A stretch of 2,443 nt of DNA. It comes from Naegleria gruberi (Eukaryota). Within the stretch, counting starts at the first letter, position 1. Each line of letters begins with the position of its first letter. The DNA lies in NCBI GenBank assembly GCA_000004985.1, contig GG739261.1; one strand, given 5' to 3'. This document shows positions 1-2,443 of this stretch, piece by piece. The notes below the pieces were generated by a model. The model worked only from the letters and a program-made list of their open reading frames with translations, did not search any database and was not told where the DNA came from. The position numbers and the translations under genes were made by a program.

Positions 1-525
1 AGCTCTTTTGGTGATTAAAAAAGGATCTTCAGAAAATCGTACTGCCTCAATCAAGGTTTCATCCGAAAACATTGATAAATCTACAAATCTCAAGTAATAA
101 TAAGGAACTACTTTAACCGCCTGATTCAATATTTCTGGATCATGTTTGAAAGGAGAAAATTCAATAACTCTTCCATTATTTAAAATAGCTGCCAAATTAA
201 TGGCCCTGTCATTCATTAGTGTTTCTGGTAGAAATTTCAATATCATTCCTCTTGTTGATACTATATCCATCACAAATTCATAATCATTTTTCAAACTTTC
301 AGATGCAAGATTGAAAAAATTCGAATCTCTCTGCACAGCCAATGAGATAATTTCCTTATCTGAAGAGAAATGAGGAGCTACATAATTGTAAGCAGTACCA
401 TCCTGCTTAACTGCCTCCAAAACTGTTTCCCTATCTCGTTTCAATTCTTCAGAGGCATAGTAAATGGCAAGGCCTGAATTTTTCACAGCTTGCAAAACTA
501 ATTCCTTATCATTTTTCAGTTCCAT
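1..525 (-). CDS. DUF4116-like tandem-repeat protein, N-terminal 175 codons, ORF continues past window position 1 (3'-partial)
   Basis: The reverse strand reads with no stop from ATG (plus 525-523) down to position 1. The translation is MELKNDKELVLQAVKNSGLAIYYASEELKRDRETVLEAVKQDGTAYNYVAPHFSSDKEIISLAVQRDSNFFNLASESLKNDYEFVMDIVSTRGMILKFLPETLMNDRAINLAAILNNGRVIEFSPFKHDPEILNQAVKVVPYYYLRFVDLSMFSDETLIEAVRFSEDPFLITKRA. It contains about seven repeats of roughly 26 aa with the pattern L-K-x-D-x-E-x-V-L-x-A-V-K-x-x-G-x-A-L-x-Y-A-S, matching my memory of Pfam DUF4116. The six-frame track does not list it because there is no stop inside the window. The true start is uncertain (see findings). Confidence 0.8.
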   Translation of the reverse strand, partial: MELKNDKELVLQAVKNSGLAIYYASEELKRDRETVLEAVKQDGTAYNYVAPHFSSDKEIISLAVQRDSNFFNLASESLKNDYEFVMDIVSTRGMILKFLPETLMNDRAINLAAILNNGRVIEFSPFKHDPEILNQAVKVVPYYYLRFVDLSMFSDETLIEAVRFSEDPFLITKRA

Positions 526-565
526 AGAAACGAATTTCAAATAATCTCCATTCTGAGATGGTACT

Positions 566-663
566 AAGTGACGGTGAAACGGGGGACGGATGAGACGGAG
601 AACACTCAGTTTCTTACTACAGACGGGAGAAGAGCATCCGCTTAATACTGTTGACGGTAAACC
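566..663. repeat. GC-rich (about 50% GC) GACGG island, left arm of a degenerate inverted repeat pair
   Basis: Five same-strand GACGG pentamers lie at 570-574, 585-589, 594-598, 622-626 and 653-657. The terminal direct repeats TGACGGTGAAAC (569-580) and TGACGGTAAACC (652-663) bound them. The surrounding sequence is about 30% GC. The reverse complement of 559-606 aligns block by block with 2008-2100. Confidence 0.6.
617..636 (-). promoter_or_regulatory. Polypyrimidine tract followed by AG on the coding strand upstream of gene 1, candidate splice-acceptor-like signal (cis 3' splice site or trans-splice site)
   Basis: The minus strand reads GATGCTCTTCTCCCGTCTGTAG (plus 638-617). It is followed by a second C/T-rich stretch, TTCTCCGTCTCATCCGTCCCCCGTTTCACCGTCACTTAG (plus 604-566). 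The next AGs on that strand are at plus 566-565 and 556-555, just before the ATG at 525. Plus-strand purine richness makes the whole left island pyrimidine-rich on the gene strand. Confidence 0.25.
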
Positions 664-697
664 AAAATGGAAAATGCACAACCTTAGTAACACCGAT

Positions 698-730
698 AAA
701 TTGAATGATACATTTAATAAAATTGAATTT
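698..730 (+). promoter_or_regulatory. Two same-strand AAATTGAAT motifs 21 bp apart (698-706 and 720-728, the second extending to AAAATTGAATTT at 719-730)
   Basis: The 9-mer is exact and is repeated a third time at 1629-1637. It contains the octamer AAAATTGA, which is known as a Mimiviridae early-promoter element. This orientation would drive plus-strand transcription into the spacer. Confidence 0.3.
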
Positions 731-941
731 TCCTATTATATTAAATAGATTCTCTTGTGTTGTTTGGCTTGAATTGTTGGAACGAAAACCAAGCAAGGTA
801 TTACGAGAGTTTGGTTGATTTTTTGAAGCAAGGTTTGTTTGTTAAGTTAAGAATATGTGAAAAAATATTTCAACATCTAGTACGTGATGTACTTTGATGA
901 TTCTTCGAGTGGTTTCACATCCGTAAGCTGCCAAACTTTCA

Positions 942-984
942 CATCATCATCTCAACATCATCTAAATAGTAGTAATAGTAGTAA
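942..984. repeat. Microsatellite-like block: (CAT)3 CATCATC plus a tandem (TAGTAGTAA)x2
   Basis: CATCATCATC lies at 942-951 and CATCATC at 956-962. TAGTAGTAATAGTAGTAA at 967-984 is two exact 9-bp units. Confidence 0.7.
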
Positions 985-1130
985 TTTTTATTATTGGACT
1001 TTCATCATAAAATAGTAAATCAATTTTTGGATTATAATTTTTCAAGTTGGTAAACCATCATCGGAACACTCACCAACCGTCATCATAGATATATTTAATA
1101 TAGTAGAATAGTATGGGTGATTTCTATGTC

Positions 1131-1361
1131 TTGGAAATATCTTTATTTTGGTGAAACTCAACATTTTACTAAAATCATCATCACTGTTGAATCCATTGGA
1201 AAGATTGGAAAACTATTAATGTAGGATTGTTGGAAATGGTCAATAGTAGCATAGTAAATTTTGAACGGTGGATTTTCATCAAGTTTTGATAGGGATAGGT
1301 ACATGTGAATTTTAAAAAGTACATGTACCATTACTCAACATGTACTTCACCAACTTGGAAA
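1131..1361. repeat. Cluster of five TTGGAAA heptamers, including an adjacent tandem pair ATTGGAAAGATTGGAAAA
   Basis: TTGGAAA occurs at 1131-1137, 1196-1202, 1205-1211, 1230-1236 and 1355-1361, all on the plus strand. Base composition predicts well under one copy. Confidence 0.45.
1299..1345. promoter_or_regulatory. Three spaced copies of the palindromic core GTACATGT(AC), candidate binding-site array
   Basis: GTACATGTG lies at 1299-1307. GTACATGTAC at 1319-1328 is a perfect 10-bp palindrome. ACATGTAC lies at 1338-1345. Centre-to-centre spacing is about 20 bp, roughly two helical turns. AAGTACATGT (1317-1326) and ACATGTACTT (1339-1348) form a larger inverted pair around a 12-nt spacer. Confidence 0.35.
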
Positions 1362-1628
1362 CTTTCTTCTAGTACTGTTGTTTAAATCACTAATAAACAC
1401 CATATTTAATATCAGTTTTTCATTATTTTGTGTTTTGGCTTGGAGAGAGATTTCTAGCCAAACCTTTTATGATTCACTCCTTCAAGAGTGATTCAAAAAT
1501 TATCAAACTCATTGTGAACATTACACAATGATATTAAAATAATAAAATTCTTGTTTTTTCTTTTAATTTCATTTCTTTCACCTTAAATCGAACAATTAAC
1601 CTTATTTCCTTAAACATCATTAAGATCA

Positions 1629-1639
1629 AATTGAATTTC
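1629..1639 (+). promoter_or_regulatory. Third copy of AAATTGAATTT, an 11-mer identical to 720-730
   Basis: The 11-mer match with 720-730 is exact. It sits at the 5' edge of the weak plus-strand ORF 1631-1855, whose TTG start lies inside the motif. Confidence 0.3.
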
Positions 1640-2004
1640 AAAGATGACCAACTTTTTCAACATCTACACCTTATAGGGATCACACTCATATCAATTAATC
1701 CATATTTTTCATTTTCAGTAAAAAATCAAAATTTGAACTTTCCAAAGTTTACTATTTACCTGAATTGTTTGAGAAGGAAACTTCTCAAAAAAAGAAGGGT
1801 AGTTTCACAACAGTGTTTTAATCAACTAAGTCAAATTATTTCATGTCATTCTTAAATTTGAGACAGAAAGAGAGAAATCTTTGATTTTAGTGAATATTCC
1901 ACAACAGAGGTGTTGTGTTTGTTTGTGAATTTATTTCCATTTTAAATTTTTCCATTTTGGATTTATTATAGAATGATACATTAGTATTTCCCTTAATTCC
2001 ATTC

Positions 2005-2102
2005 TTGCTCCGTCTCTTACTGCTGACTGTCCCGTTTGACAGCTTATTACATCTGACGGATCCCGTTAGACGGGATTTACCGTCACACCGTCAATTAGTA
2101 TC
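2005..2102. repeat. GC-rich (about 48% GC) GACGG/CCGTC island, right arm of the inverted repeat pair
   Basis: It contains CTCCGTCTC (2008-2016), CCCGTTTGAC (2031-2040), GACGG (2055-2059, 2069-2073), CCGTCAC (2080-2086) and CCGTCAATTAGTA (2088-2100). The first island, read in reverse complement, has the same blocks in the same order: CTCCGTCTC, CCGTCCCCCGTTTCAC, CGTCAC, TTAGTA. Confidence 0.6.
2054..2085 (-). terminator. Interrupted GC-rich hairpin in the 3' flank of gene 2, candidate 3'-end formation or termination signal
   Basis: The outer stem pairs TGACGG (2054-2059) with CCGTCA (2080-2085), 6 bp. The inner stem pairs ATCCCGT (2060-2066) with ACGGGAT (2070-2076), 7 bp. The loop is TAG and there is a TTA bulge on the 3' side. 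It starts 47 nt downstream of the gene 2 stop on the coding strand. Minus-strand AATAAA copies follow further downstream at plus 1962-1967 and 1930-1935. Confidence 0.35.
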
Positions 2103-2131
2103 TCCTCCTCCATTCTCTTTGATATATTCCA

Positions 2132-2443
2132 TCATGAGCTCTTTGTTATTCGAATATTTCCTGACCATGTTCTTGGAATATTATTTATCCCAAAGAGTTT
2201 CAAATAGGTCCGTAACCATACAATATCATCTGATAAATCCTCAAGGTTGATCTCATCACTATAATGATGAATAAATACTTGATTAATTAAATCTCTTTCG
2301 AATTTCAATTCATTTGGAATAAACTCAATGGCTGAAGGACAATTTTTCAGAGTTTCCAATATTATTTCTCTATCAAATCTCAATTTTGCATTGGCATATT
2401 GAATCACCATTCCGTTATGTTTACAAAGTTTCAGCACCACTTC
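2132..2443 (-). CDS. DUF4116-like repeat protein, C-terminal 103 codons plus TGA stop at 2134-2132, 5' end outside the window
   Basis: The ORF track gives a minus-strand ORF at 2132..2440. Its first M is really a GTG read as a start, and the upstream codon 2443-2441 (GAA) is also open, so the gene continues off the edge. The translation E-VVLKLCKHNGMVIQYANAKLRFDREIILETLKNCPSAIEFIPNELKFERDLINQV shows two DUF4116-type repeat units. It is followed by a tail of about 45 aa without repeats and then TGA. Confidence 0.8.
   Translation of the reverse strand, partial: EVVLKLCKHNGMVIQYANAKLRFDREIILETLKNCPSAIEFIPNELKFERDLINQVFIHHYSDEINLEDLSDDIVWLRTYLKLFGINNIPRTWSGNIRITKSS

Noticed and set aside
566-663. 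Possible tRNA or other small structured RNA in the GC-rich islands (also 2005-2102)
   Set aside because: There is no T-loop GTTCRANYC-like motif, no D-loop, and no 7-bp acceptor stem with a 3' discriminator/CCA context. A cloverleaf cannot be drawn. The GC richness comes from GACGG pentamer repeats.
878-912. C/D-box snoRNA-like signal (GTGATGT and TGATGA boxes at 885-891 and 896-901)
   Set aside because: No matching D box (CTGA) with a terminal stem lies at a suitable distance. TGATGA is simply the reverse complement of the frequent CATCAT motif in this region.
1319-1348. Reading of GTACATGTAC repeats as p53-type RRRCATGYYY half-sites
   Set aside because: The flanking bases do not satisfy the purine/pyrimidine pattern (T at the -2 position). 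Such a factor is also implausible in the likely source lineages.
1631-1855. Plus-strand 74-aa ORF from the six-frame track
   Set aside because: It starts at TTG and has no in-frame ATG anywhere in the ORF. The translation is low-complexity, a product of AT-rich codons (N/F/K/I/L), with no recognisable domain. The only point in its favour is the AAATTGAATTT motif at its 5' edge.
2005-2250. Plus-strand 81-aa ORF from the six-frame track
   Set aside because: It has a TTG start. Its first half is a chance open frame across the GC-rich island, and its second half is antisense to the well-supported gene 2. The peptide similarity between the islands (LRLIRPPFHRHL from one, LRLLLLTVPFDSLLHL from the other) only mirrors their nucleotide inverted repeat.
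526-2443. Single-gene model in which gene 2 and gene 1 are exons joined across a 1.6-kb intron
   Set aside because: Gene 2 has its own TGA stop after a non-repeat tail. The only in-frame donor-like site (ATT|GTATGG, about plus 2210) joined to the acceptor CATCTCAG|AATGGA would give a junction that does not restore the repeat register. I kept the acceptor-like tract as a separate low-confidence observation.
1-2443. CRISPR array, rRNA, integrase or transposase signatures
   Set aside because: There are no regularly spaced identical repeats of 25-40 bp. The islands are too GC-rich and imperfect, and rRNA-type conserved blocks are absent. No ORF has nuclease or transposase character. The candidate element would be non-autonomous.

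Overview
This window is AT-rich (roughly 30% GC by eye). Two genes on the minus strand encode proteins built from tandem repeats of about 26 aa that resemble the DUF4116 family (L-K-x-D-x-E-[IV]-V-L-x-A-V-K-x-x-G-x-A-L-x-Y-A-S). Gene 1 occupies 525..1 and runs off the left edge. Gene 2 occupies 2443..2132, ends with a TGA stop, and its 5' end lies beyond the right edge. Between them is about 1.6 kb (526-2131) with no credible protein-coding ORF on either strand, which is unusual. Two islands of about 95 bp and about 50% GC sit at the edges of that spacer, at 566-663 and 2005-2102. They are dominated by GACGG/CCGTC pentamers and are degenerate inverted copies of each other, sharing the blocks CTCCGTCTC, CCCGTTT(C/G)AC, CCGTCAC and TTAGTA. 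The motif TGACGGT(G/A) appears four times across the two islands. The left island lies in-frame with gene 1 and abuts it with no stop codon, and the DUF4116 repeat homology continues 13 codons upstream of the first ATG. The 5' end of gene 1 is therefore unresolved. The possibilities are an element insertion, a cis or trans-splice acceptor, or a pseudogenised start. The right island contains a 13-bp GC-rich interrupted hairpin (2054-2085) about 50 nt downstream of the gene 2 stop. The spacer core (940-1380) is dense with short repeated motifs: CATCAT runs, ATAGTAG/TAGTAGTAA runs, five TTGGAAA copies, three GTACATGT palindromic sites spaced about 20 bp apart, and three same-strand AAATTGAAT(TT) copies. 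No rRNA, tRNA, CRISPR array or transposase ORF is detectable. Composition and gene content point to a protist or giant-virus genome, but I cannot name the organism from sequence alone.
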